From the NCBI GenBank assembly GCA_046563655.1, contig CM102285.1, positions 7,750,001 through 7,814,000 of the forward strand: a stretch of DNA of 64,000 nucleotides. Reading direction: 5' to 3'. The translations under genes and the position numbers were made by a program. Positions 1 to 7,746 of this stretch are shown piece after piece. The notes beneath the pieces were generated by a model, which ran no database searches, was not told the DNA's origin, and saw only the letters and a program-made list of their open reading frames with translations. Every line of letters begins with the position of its first letter. Positions within the stretch are counted from its first letter, which is position 1. The stretch is from Yuukianura sp. NJ FZ-2021. Lineage: Eukaryota.

Positions 1-2
1 TT

Positions 3-446
3 ATGGACGAAATTTCGCGACTCCGAAAATTTAAAAAGTATTATTGCAAATACATGCAATGTTCTGGATTCATTTTACGAAAGGGGAAGAAAGCAACAGC
101 CGACCCACATTCCCTAGTTCCTGGTTATGACTTTTCCAGAAGCAAAGAAGCTCCTTATACCTTACCATGCAACGGCTGGAACTGTGATACAACGGCGTTT
201 GCAAAGTACATTATCATTGCGGCTTTAGCCCGTGGATATTTGGCTCCAACGTATTCTCTTCGAAATAATCCACTCATCATCCTGGAAAAAGTGGGGTGGA
301 CGGCAATGCTGAATGCAACTCCTCATGAAGCACATAAAGAATTTATTCAAAATTCAGAAAACTGGCTTGCAAAACAATGGGAGTTTCTGTGGAGCCCTGA
401 CGTTCTCTACACTGCGCGTCAACAACGAATATCTCATTTTGCTTGA
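3..446 (+). CDS. Polinton accessory protein of unknown function (may be 5'-truncated by the window edge)
   Basis: 147-aa ORF with coding-like composition, co-oriented with the downstream viral genes; no motif recognised. Confidence 0.55.
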   Translation: MDEISRLRKFKKYYCKYMQCSGFILRKGKKATADPHSLVPGYDFSRSKEAPYTLPCNGWNCDTTAFAKYIIIAALARGYLAPTYSLRNNPLIILEKVGWTAMLNATPHEAHKEFIQNSENWLAKQWEFLWSPDVLYTARQQRISHFA

Positions 447-489
447 AGTTTATTTCGAGAATGTCGTTTTGAAGTCGATGAACTTTTAA

Positions 490-720
490 CCCTTTTTCTA
501 TAATTTGGAAAAGGATCGTTTCTGATGAAAATCGTTTCGAGTTGTTCGTTTAATCCTTTTTTCCAAGGAAATTTAAGTCGTTGGAATTGCTAAAAATAGA
601 AAAAAGGGTCGTTTCTGTTGAAAAACGTTTCGAGTCGTTCGTTTAATCCTTTTTTCCAAAGAAATTTTAGTCGGAACGTTTGGAACGTTTCCTTTTTTCT
701 ATAATTTGAAAAAAGGGTCA
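490..720. repeat. Imperfect ~95-100 bp direct repeats in a Polinton intergenic region
   Basis: GTCGTTTCTG(A/T)TGAAAA..CGTTTCGAGT.GTTCGTTTAATCCTTTTTTCCAA at ~515 and ~608; CCTTTTTTCTATAATTTG at ~492 and ~691. Confidence 0.75.
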
Positions 721-834
721 AACTTCTACCTGAAAATTTGAGATAAAAAGGCCGTTCGACTGCTCAACAAACCATCAGTCTCATCACAGCTTCAGTCGGA
801 ACTTCTTCTCAAAAACTACTCCTCAAACACTACA

Positions 835-1257
835 ATGGTTGAAGCATACGCTGCAGGATTCGTAAGCAAGACTCTTGAAGATCGGGTCAAATGCTGGTGG
901 AAGCTGGAAGATGGAGAATACAAAGTCTTTATCAAGAAGGATCGCTACTACACCACAATTGAGATGAAGGAAATTCCATTCCTCGTCTCAAAGCTGATTC
1001 TCTTCTTTCTGTCTACTGGCCATCCAATGAGTGAGCTGCCAAACTTTGAATTATTGCTGCTAGATTGCAAGGAGCGTTACGAGGATAAGCGTCAACCAGA
1101 AAAGAAACCGAAGATGGACATTGTGGCTGAAGCGATGAGCAAGGCTGTCTGGAACCGAAAATCTCCGTCGCTGAAACCTCGTCTGAATACTATCCCCGAA
1201 GAAGACTATGACGAAGTTGATACACAAAAATACTGGATTGAAGACACAAAATTTTAA
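835..1257 (+). CDS. Polinton accessory protein of unknown function
   Basis: 140-aa ORF with ACAATGG start context, upstream GATAAAA (~742) and TCAGTC (~775), and downstream AATAAA (~1315). Confidence 0.75.
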   Translation: MVEAYAAGFVSKTLEDRVKCWWKLEDGEYKVFIKKDRYYTTIEMKEIPFLVSKLILFFLSTGHPMSELPNFELLLLDCKERYEDKRQPEKKPKMDIVAEAMSKAVWNRKSPSLKPRLNTIPEEDYDEVDTQKYWIEDTKF

Positions 1258-1394
1258 GCCCTTTTAGAAATATTTAAAAAATTTTACAAACTTTGTTAGT
1301 TTTAAGAATTGTAAAATAAAATTTTTGACTCAAACCGAAAAAGTATTTAAACGCTCGTCCTTCATTCTAAACGTTTAGTCTAAATCTAGCAGCC

Positions 1395-2099
1395 ATGGGA
1401 GACTTTTACGTGACTCTCCAGAGTGATTCTTCCTCAAATCATTATCCAGAAAACACAATTACAAATTTTAGAAATCATTTCGCTGAGACAATTCGATTAG
1501 AGGGTGTAAAATACGAGGTGGCGTTAGTAGAGTGTACATATGTTCATCACGAGTATATGCTGCACAAGGAAGGGTGGCTTCGACAAGTTGGTAGCGGGTC
1601 AATCTTTGATTTGCTCAGCATTTCCTCAGAAGACGCTGCATTGATTCGGACTGCAGACGATCTTGCAAAACGTGTATCAGATAATATCGTACAAATTGAA
1701 ATTAGAAATTCGAGGGCCAGGTTTGTCAAGAAACCTGCTAAATCCTTTGTAAGGTTTAACGAAGAGGCTACTAAAATTCTGGGATACGACGAAGGAAAAC
1801 AGAGTTTCGAGTATGAAGTTTTTGAGCCTAGTGGACATACACAACTTTTCATCTACTGCAGTATAATTGAAAACCAACGTGTTGGAGGCGACCTTGCCCC
1901 ACTATTGAGAAAAATTTCAAACACAGGAGATCACAAAAAGGTTGTGACCCGATCGTTTCAACATCTGCAATACATAGATGTTGTATTTGATGACATTGAT
2001 CATATATGGATGTACATCATGACGGAATCTGGTGATCCACCAGCATTTACAGTCGGAACTTTTTCGGCAACTCTCCACTTTCGACGGAAGCGATACTGA
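1395..2099 (+). CDS. Minor capsid protein (penton-like, single jelly roll)
   Basis: N-terminal FYVTLQSDSS..YPENTITNF..YEVALVE and C-terminal LFIYCSIIE.Q.VG...APLLR...ATLHFR, typical of Polinton/adintovirus penton. Confidence 0.88.
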   Translation: MGDFYVTLQSDSSSNHYPENTITNFRNHFAETIRLEGVKYEVALVECTYVHHEYMLHKEGWLRQVGSGSIFDLLSISSEDAALIRTADDLAKRVSDNIVQIEIRNSRARFVKKPAKSFVRFNEEATKILGYDEGKQSFEYEVFEPSGHTQLFIYCSIIENQRVGGDLAPLLRKISNTGDHKKVVTRSFQHLQYIDVVFDDIDHIWMYIMTESGDPPAFTVGTFSATLHFRRKRY

Positions 2100-2165
2100 C
2101 GAGTATAAAACCAGCTCTCTCAAAAAATTTGCAATCATTAACTCTTCAAACGTCAAACTGGCAAC

Positions 2166-2621
2166 ATGTACAAATGCAACTTGAGCGAGGAAGATTTTTT
2201 CAGAATATACAATCCCCAGAGAGGAGGGGCTGTGGGATCAGACGGAGCCGTTTTCTTCAAAGCCAATCAGTTTCGTCAGCGTGGTCATGGAATTGGCGGA
2301 ATTTTTGGCTCAATTTTTCGAAAAGTTTTACCATACGTGGCCAAATTTTTAATGCCTCATGCTAAAACTGCCGTCGCTGGTATTGCCTCGGATGTGATTG
2401 GCGGAAAAAAATCTGTCAAGGAAGCTATTTCTGAACACGGCACGACCGCCTTGAAGGGAGTACTTAAAGGCGTCACGGACGGTATTCTTTCCACTCAGTC
2501 TGGATCTGGACGTTCAAAGAAGAGGAAGCTAAACCAAACTATTGTCTCTAAGAAAAGGAAGCTAAACCAAACTATTGTCTCTAAGAAAAAGAAGCCAAGA
2601 AATATATTTGAAGAACAATGA
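2166..2621 (+). CDS. Basic core/virion protein with adenain-type cleavage motifs (pVII/pX-like)
   Basis: QRGG, QRGHGIGGIFGSIFRK amphipathic segment, QSGSG, then a Lys/Arg-rich tail. TATAAAA at 2104 and TCATT at ~2135 upstream. Confidence 0.85.
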   Translation: MYKCNLSEEDFFRIYNPQRGGAVGSDGAVFFKANQFRQRGHGIGGIFGSIFRKVLPYVAKFLMPHAKTAVAGIASDVIGGKKSVKEAISEHGTTALKGVLKGVTDGILSTQSGSGRSKKRKLNQTIVSKKRKLNQTIVSKKKKPRNIFEEQ

Positions 2622-3919
2622 GTTCCAAACACGCCCCCCATCCAGAAGTAGTGAGAAGTGAAACTGACATTTTCAGTGAACCCGAAATGGATGTTAGTCT
2701 GCAAAGTAGTGGAATGTTTGAATACCACCCCTTGTCAACGTTAAGTGAAAATGGAGGCCCAATTTCTTTTCAAGTGAAGGGCAATGACGTTCACTATGTG
2801 GATCTTAGTGAAACTTTGTTATATGTTCGCTGTAAAATTTTAAAAGCCAATCAAGATCCACTCGATGATAGAGCTACAATGCGAATTGCTCCAGTCAACA
2901 ACTTTTTACATTCCTTGTTTCAGCAGTGCTCTGTGTTTCTAAATGAAACACAAATTACTCCAACCATGTCACTCTATCCTTATCGAGCATACATTGAGAC
3001 TGTGCTTGCTTATGGTGGAGACTACAAAGATACACAAGCAGTTACAGCTCTTTATTTGAGAGAAGAAGACAATTTGACTGACACTGACGCTTCCCACAAA
3101 AAGAGACAAGAATTGGCAACCAAGGGGTTGGATATGATTGGACGACCGTTTGCAGACATCTTTGCACAAACTCGATACTTGCTTCCTGGAATCGACATTA
3201 GAGTTACTTTCAACCGCTCCACCGAAGAATTTGCACTCCACTCTCAAACAGACAACACAAATCGCTACAAAATCAGCATGACTGAAGCAAGACTTTTAGT
3301 TAAAAAACACACACTGCTGCCGAATATTTTGAATTGTCATTTGAAAATGTGGGCAAATGGACAGCCAGCATGCTATCCAATGCGACGGATTGAGATGAAA
3401 ACGTACAGTCTACCCCTTGGAACTCTGTCAAATGTCAATGAAAACTTGATTAGTGGACTACTCCCCGACAGAATTATACTTTGTCTGGTTCAAAGTGAAA
3501 AAATGAACGGAACTCTGGCTACAAATCCATTTGACTTTAAGCCACCAGAGTTGAGACAAATTTCTGTGACAGCAAATGGAGAGCAACTTTACCATCAAGT
3601 TTACCAATACAGCAGTGATGGAGACGTTCGCGTTTCTGAAGCATACTATGGCATGTTTAATGGACTTGGACTGAGCGCTAGCAATGAAGGACCTGCCATT
3701 AGCCTGAGCGAGTTTACTAATGGAAAAGCTTTTTTCATTTTTAACCTCAGAAACATGAATCAAGGCTACTGTCCTCCAAGACACGGCAGTATAAAAATTG
3801 TTGTCCAGTTTGCAAAAGCCATCACTGAAGCCTGGAACGTCATCTGTCACGCAGACTTTCAATCGACTCTCTATATTGACGAAGGAAAGAACGTGTTTTT
3901 CAAGGACTATTCTCACTAA
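2618..3919 (+). CDS. Major capsid protein (double jelly roll, hexon-like, PY)
   Basis: 433 aa; PISF.V.G....YVDLSETLLYV, PVNNFLHSLFQQ..V.LN, YPYRAYIET.L.Y, LP.RII...V, NPF.F motifs. Confidence 0.93.
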   Translation: MSSKHAPHPEVVRSETDIFSEPEMDVSLQSSGMFEYHPLSTLSENGGPISFQVKGNDVHYVDLSETLLYVRCKILKANQDPLDDRATMRIAPVNNFLHSLFQQCSVFLNETQITPTMSLYPYRAYIETVLAYGGDYKDTQAVTALYLREEDNLTDTDASHKKRQELATKGLDMIGRPFADIFAQTRYLLPGIDIRVTFNRSTEEFALHSQTDNTNRYKISMTEARLLVKKHTLLPNILNCHLKMWANGQPACYPMRRIEMKTYSLPLGTLSNVNENLISGLLPDRIILCLVQSEKMNGTLATNPFDFKPPELRQISVTANGEQLYHQVYQYSSDGDVRVSEAYYGMFNGLGLSASNEGPAISLSEFTNGKAFFIFNLRNMNQGYCPPRHGSIKIVVQFAKAITEAWNVICHADFQSTLYIDEGKNVFFKDYSH

Positions 3920-4443
3920 TGGACACGACGCAAATTTACAAGTTTTTGTCAAATATGACTCGCGGAACAAGAGCATATTTCAATGTAATTCCATGTGACC
4001 TGCTTGGAAAGCTAACAATTGCTCGCTTTCCAGCCTACTTGGTTGTAAATAACAAGCCTTCTAATCATCCTGGAGAACACTGGGTGGCAATCTACCTTGG
4101 AAGCAGGACTGGACCCATCATCTTCTTTTGCTCTTATGGACTTGGACTGGACTTTTACCCGCTCGACTTTAAAAATTTTGTAAATAAGTTTTCATGTAAA
4201 ATTTTGGAAAACACTAGACCATTGCAAGCTCTTGAATCTGATGTTTGTGGGCAATATGCAATTTACTTTTTGTATAAAATGATGCATGGCTGTTGTATTC
4301 TATCTACTTATTGTCACTTTTCTCCCAATAGAAATTTAAATGATAAAAAAGTACGCAAATTTGTTACATTGAAAAATCATTTATTGAATTCAAACTGTAA
4401 ATTTAAACACAAAATAATAAATCAATGCTGTATAAAATTGTAA
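3919..4443 (+). CDS. Adenain-like cysteine maturation protease
   Basis: VVNN...HPGEHWVAI (catalytic His), FFCSYG, LQ...SDVCGQY (oxyanion Gln, catalytic Cys). Confidence 0.93.
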   Translation: MDTTQIYKFLSNMTRGTRAYFNVIPCDLLGKLTIARFPAYLVVNNKPSNHPGEHWVAIYLGSRTGPIIFFCSYGLGLDFYPLDFKNFVNKFSCKILENTRPLQALESDVCGQYAIYFLYKMMHGCCILSTYCHFSPNRNLNDKKVRKFVTLKNHLLNSNCKFKHKIINQCCIKL

Positions 4444-4466
4444 AATTTTTTTTGTTTTGTTGAAAT

Positions 4467-5111
4467 TTATTCCCAATTGGCTGGAGTTTTCCACTCTTCC
4501 AGAAAGGTGTAATCTAATCGAGGCCGTTTCCTAGGGGAGCTTTTTCGAGTTTTTCCAGGAGTTGCCGAGTCGTCTTCATCAAAGTGGTGAAGATGTGTTT
4601 TTGGCAGAAGATTTAACGGAAATCCTTTTGAGGTTAAAAAGTTTTTGATCAGATCGAGCTCAGCCTTTGAAATTTTACATCTTCCATTTGACAATTTCTT
4701 TAGAATTGAATCAAATGTTGAAAGTGGTAGTGATCCACCGTCAAATTTTACAACGCCTGAAGCTAGCGTTGCTCCATTGTCAATAAAAAACTGTAAAAGA
4801 TGAACTCCAACTCTAGTTCGGCCGCCAAAGTCAAACTTCTCATCTGGCTCGGGTGGGGTCTCCACTGATGGTACGTCTACTGGCGGATCTGGTACAGCTT
4901 TAACAAGAACATCTGATTTCTCACGTTTTTTCTTTTCTGCTAATCGTCGTAGCACATCTTGAAGTAACATGTTTTGAATTTCTTCCGAATCGTTAAGATT
5001 AAGCAAATGGTTTTTTTCATTTTCAAGTCGTCCAGCTTCAGTTGGTTTTGAAGTTTGAGACATTAGACGCTCAAAGTCCTCATTGCTAATGACCTTCAAT
5101 TTTGTAGGCAT
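4467..5111 (-). CDS. Polinton protein of unknown function (likely start MPTKLKVIS, 214 aa)
   Basis: First ATG of the long ORF is at 5111, 2 nt after the stop of the upstream minus-strand gene. Helical N-terminus, Pro-rich linker, basic C-terminal PRKRPR (NLS-like). Confidence 0.7.
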   Translation of the reverse strand: MPTKLKVISNEDFERLMSQTSKPTEAGRLENEKNHLLNLNDSEEIQNMLLQDVLRRLAEKKKREKSDVLVKAVPDPPVDVPSVETPPEPDEKFDFGGRTRVGVHLLQFFIDNGATLASGVVKFDGGSLPLSTFDSILKKLSNGRCKISKAELDLIKNFLTSKGFPLNLLPKTHLHHFDEDDSATPGKTRKSSPRKRPRLDYTFLEEWKTPANWE

Positions 5112-5113
5112 GT

Positions 5114-5449
5114 TTAAAACAGTTCGCCTAGAAGCTCTCCTATAACTGGAATTGCTGCACCAAGTAACAACGGTAGGAATCCGCCTTGCTGAACAAGAAG
5201 ACGACGCTTGTGATCTGCTCTTCCTCTGTGTGATATCAGACGTCTGATGTGTTCCTGGTGAGGCACAAGGCGTTTTATAGCTTTGGCTGGGATCTCCAAG
5301 CGGCCATTGTAGACATTGTGAACGCATTCACAAATTGCACCAATTTGCTCAGGGCTTGCACAATTCAAATGAAAACCTCGTTTCTTTTCAGAACGAGAAT
5401 TCAAGTTTTTTAGAAAATTGAGATGCTTGTCGATTTTGGTTCTGACCAT
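5114..5449 (-). CDS. Small basic virion protein with QQGG cleavage motif and amphipathic C-terminal peptide
   Basis: I.AICECVHNVY.G.L.I...KRRLLVQQGGFLPLLLGAAIPVIGELL, a pattern I associate with small Polinton/adintovirus virion proteins. Confidence 0.82.
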   Translation of the reverse strand: MVRTKIDKHLNFLKNLNSRSEKKRGFHLNCASPEQIGAICECVHNVYNGRLEIPAKAIKRLVPHQEHIRRLISHRGRADHKRRLLVQQGGFLPLLLGAAIPVIGELLGELF

Positions 5450-5467
5450 TTTGATTGCTGGAAAGTG

Positions 5468-5508
5468 AATGATATAAATTGCGCTGTACAGTGTCCTTTT
5501 ATATCATT
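5468..5508. promoter_or_regulatory. Palindromic bidirectional TATA promoter (predicted)
   Basis: AATGATATAAA (5468-5478) and its exact reverse complement TTTATATCATT (5498-5508) around a central CTGTACAG palindrome, between divergent ATGs at 5449 and 5515. Confidence 0.7.
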
Positions 5509-5514
5509 TACTCA

Positions 5515-6434
5515 ATGGATCTGAAACAGCAATGGCTAGACACCTCGCTGCCTGGAGGCTTCTCTGGAGCGGCTGGGTTTCAAAAAGATTCAAAAACTAA
5601 GGCATCTCTACACCGTGTCAAGAAAATTTTAAAACAAATTCCAAGCTATCAACTCCATCATCCAGTTCGATATAAGTTTCCACGTCGACGGGTATATGTG
5701 GGAGGTATGCATGAACAGTACTGTGCAGACTTGAAAGACATTCAAAGCATGTCAGGATATAACAATAAGAAGAGGTACTTGCTGGTGGTGATTGATGCAT
5801 TTTCAAAACAAGCCTGGATCGAAGCAATTCCAAACAAGACGGGGCCAGTAACTCTTGCAGCATTCGAAAAAATTTTACAGCGAAGTGGTGGAAAACCTAG
5901 ATGCTTGCAAGTAGATGAAGGTTCAGAATTTTTAAATAGACACATGAAAGCTTATTTGAAGCGTGAAAATATCAAACTCTTCTGGACACATTCTCCACTA
6001 AAATGTGTCATTGTGGAGCGTTTTATTCGGACACTATTTATGAAAATTCAGCGCTACTTGACACACTACAAAACAAAAAAGTTTGTTGATAAATTGACAG
6101 ATTTTGAAAATCTGTACAATCATGCTTATCATCGAAGCATCAAGATGGCGCCATGTGAAGTGACTAAAAGAAATGAGGATAAAGTACGCCAAAACTTGTA
6201 CCCAGAAGTAGCAGTAGACTATAAAAAGCCAAAACTCAAAGCAAACGATCTTGTGCTTGTTGCCAGAATTAAAAAACTTTTGAAAAGGGCTACTCGACAA
6301 ACTATATTGACGAACTTTATCGCATTGTAAGGATTAAAGCGACTAAACCATACGTTTACAAGTTAGAAGATCTCGAGGGCACCCCTATTCTGGGTAGTTT
6401 TTATGACAAGCAACTACTGAAATTGGACCAGTAA
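5515..6434 (+). CDS. Retroviral-like (RVE) DDE integrase with a one-base frameshift near 6271-6276
   Basis: CADL / VIDAFSK / QVDEGSEF / IVERFIRTL / YNHAYHRSIKMAP motifs. The conserved C-terminus TFEKGYSTNY..Y.I......Y.LEDLEG.PILGSFY continues in the -1 frame to TAA at 6432-6434. Confidence 0.92.
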
Positions 6435-6458
6435 CTCTATAGAACTCGATCAGAAAAC

Positions 6459-6635
6459 ATGTGTTTTTTCAAAGTTTGTGAGTACTTTTTGACCAAGATG
6501 TTTGGAAGCAAGGAAGATCCCACCATTTCCGTTTGCGACGAGAACAAGATTAGCTGCATGTGCTGCTCAACCACTGCAAGACGAGACTCGACCAAGAAAC
6601 AACATACTAAAACTATTTTAGTTACTGAATTGTAA
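6459..6635 (+). CDS. 58-aa Cys-rich microprotein ending in VTEL (not in ORF track)
   Basis: AAAACATG start; MCFFKVCEYFLTKMFGSKEDPTISVCDENKISCMCCSTTARRDSTKKQHTKTILVTEL*; AATAAA at 6636-6641. Fills the gap between integrase and ATPase. Confidence 0.6.
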   Translation: MCFFKVCEYFLTKMFGSKEDPTISVCDENKISCMCCSTTARRDSTKKQHTKTILVTEL

Positions 6636-6705
6636 AATAAATTTAATTCAAAAATTTCTGAATAAATCAATTCAAAATGCACAAAATTTTTGTTTTAAAT
6701 TTTAT

Positions 6706-7617
6706 TTAGTCGTTGACATAAACATAACAATTTTCGGGGAAAATGCTACTTCGAATTCGATAGTCGTCCTTTTGTGATTGAGTTAAATCAATCAAGAGAT
6801 ATCCATATGGCTTTGCCATGCTTTCCTTGTATGCCAAGTCCATTGTCGCGTTCTTCTTTCCTCCATTCATTTGTCTTCCAAGACAGGAAACAAAAGCAGA
6901 GTCTCGTGGATTCTTCATCAGTACCAAGTACTGGCAATTGAGTGTAATTTCTCTCAAGTTTTTATGGAAAAAGTTTTGAACCAAGATGATCAGCGACACA
7001 TTTCGGTGATGAGAAGTTCTCGTAAATGCTGCTCCGACTTCTCCCTTTTTTCCAGCTTCATGCATCAAATCGTCCAGAACCATGATCGAAGGTCGATCTG
7101 TACCGTCATGCCATTTCTCGGGTAGTCCATGAACAAACTGAATGCCAGGAATTTTAGCTTTAAGTTCTCCAAAGAGCCCGCTCTGCCACTCCGTGTAACA
7201 ATACGTTACATTTGCAATTCCACTTGAAGATTTTACAATTTCGTTTCTCCGAATCAAAATTTCTTTGACGAGTGTGCTTTTCCCCGTGTTTGTCATTCCA
7301 CTCACACACATTGTAAAAGGAGCCACAAGTTGCAAGTCAATATCGTCTCCAGATAATGGATGTTGAAGCAGAGCGTGACTCCTCCAACCTGCCGCTGTGG
7401 CGGCGGCGGCGGTGGAGTCCCAGGGCATTGCGGCGGCGGCGGCGGCGGTGGAGTCCCAGGGCATTGCGGTGGCGGCGGCGGCGGCGGTGTGGGCGGCGGC
7501 GGCGGTGGGAGAACCCAACAGTAATGCTACCGAGAGACATTTTGAACAAGTTTTTTCGTGACGTTTAGCAACATCTAAACGTGAAAATAATTTCCCACAG
7601 CGAGAGTACACACTCAT
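6706..7617 (-). CDS. A32/FtsK-HerA family DNA packaging ATPase with N-terminal extension
   Basis: PFTMCVSGMTNTGKS (Walker A), IMVLDDLM (Walker B), SHHRNVSLIILVQN, PYGYLLIDL. ATG at 7617 with TATATAAA ~50 bp upstream on the minus strand. Confidence 0.93.
   Translation of the reverse strand: MSVYSRCGKLFSRLDVAKRHEKTCSKCLSVALLLGSPTAAAAHTAAAAATAMPWDSTAAAAAAMPWDSTAAAATAAGWRSHALLQHPLSGDDIDLQLVAPFTMCVSGMTNTGKSTLVKEILIRRNEIVKSSSGIANVTYCYTEWQSGLFGELKAKIPGIQFVHGLPEKWHDGTDRPSIMVLDDLMHEAGKKGEVGAAFTRTSHHRNVSLIILVQNFFHKNLREITLNCQYLVLMKNPRDSAFVSCLGRQMNGGKKNATMDLAYKESMAKPYGYLLIDLTQSQKDDYRIRSSIFPENCYVYVND
7395..7510. repeat. (GCC)n-rich repeat with an internal ~39-bp duplication inside the ATPase ORF
   Basis: Four GGC/GCG runs and two copies of GGTGGAGTCCCAGGGCATTGCGG; encodes poly-Ala and MPWDST twice. 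Confidence 0.9.
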
Positions 7618-7746
7618 AGTGCAAAGAGCAAATGACAACTAAACTTCAACTTCAGAAATGACTTGGTTTATATACAAAAAATTTTTTATTATACAAGTAT
7701 TTTAAAACTATTTTTTAAATTTATTCTAACTTAAAACAAAAAATTT

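Noticed and set aside
7337..7568. Protamine-like poly-Arg ORFs on both strands
   Set aside because: Alternative frames of the GCC repeat inside the ATPase gene, with non-ATG or weak starts and no independent support.
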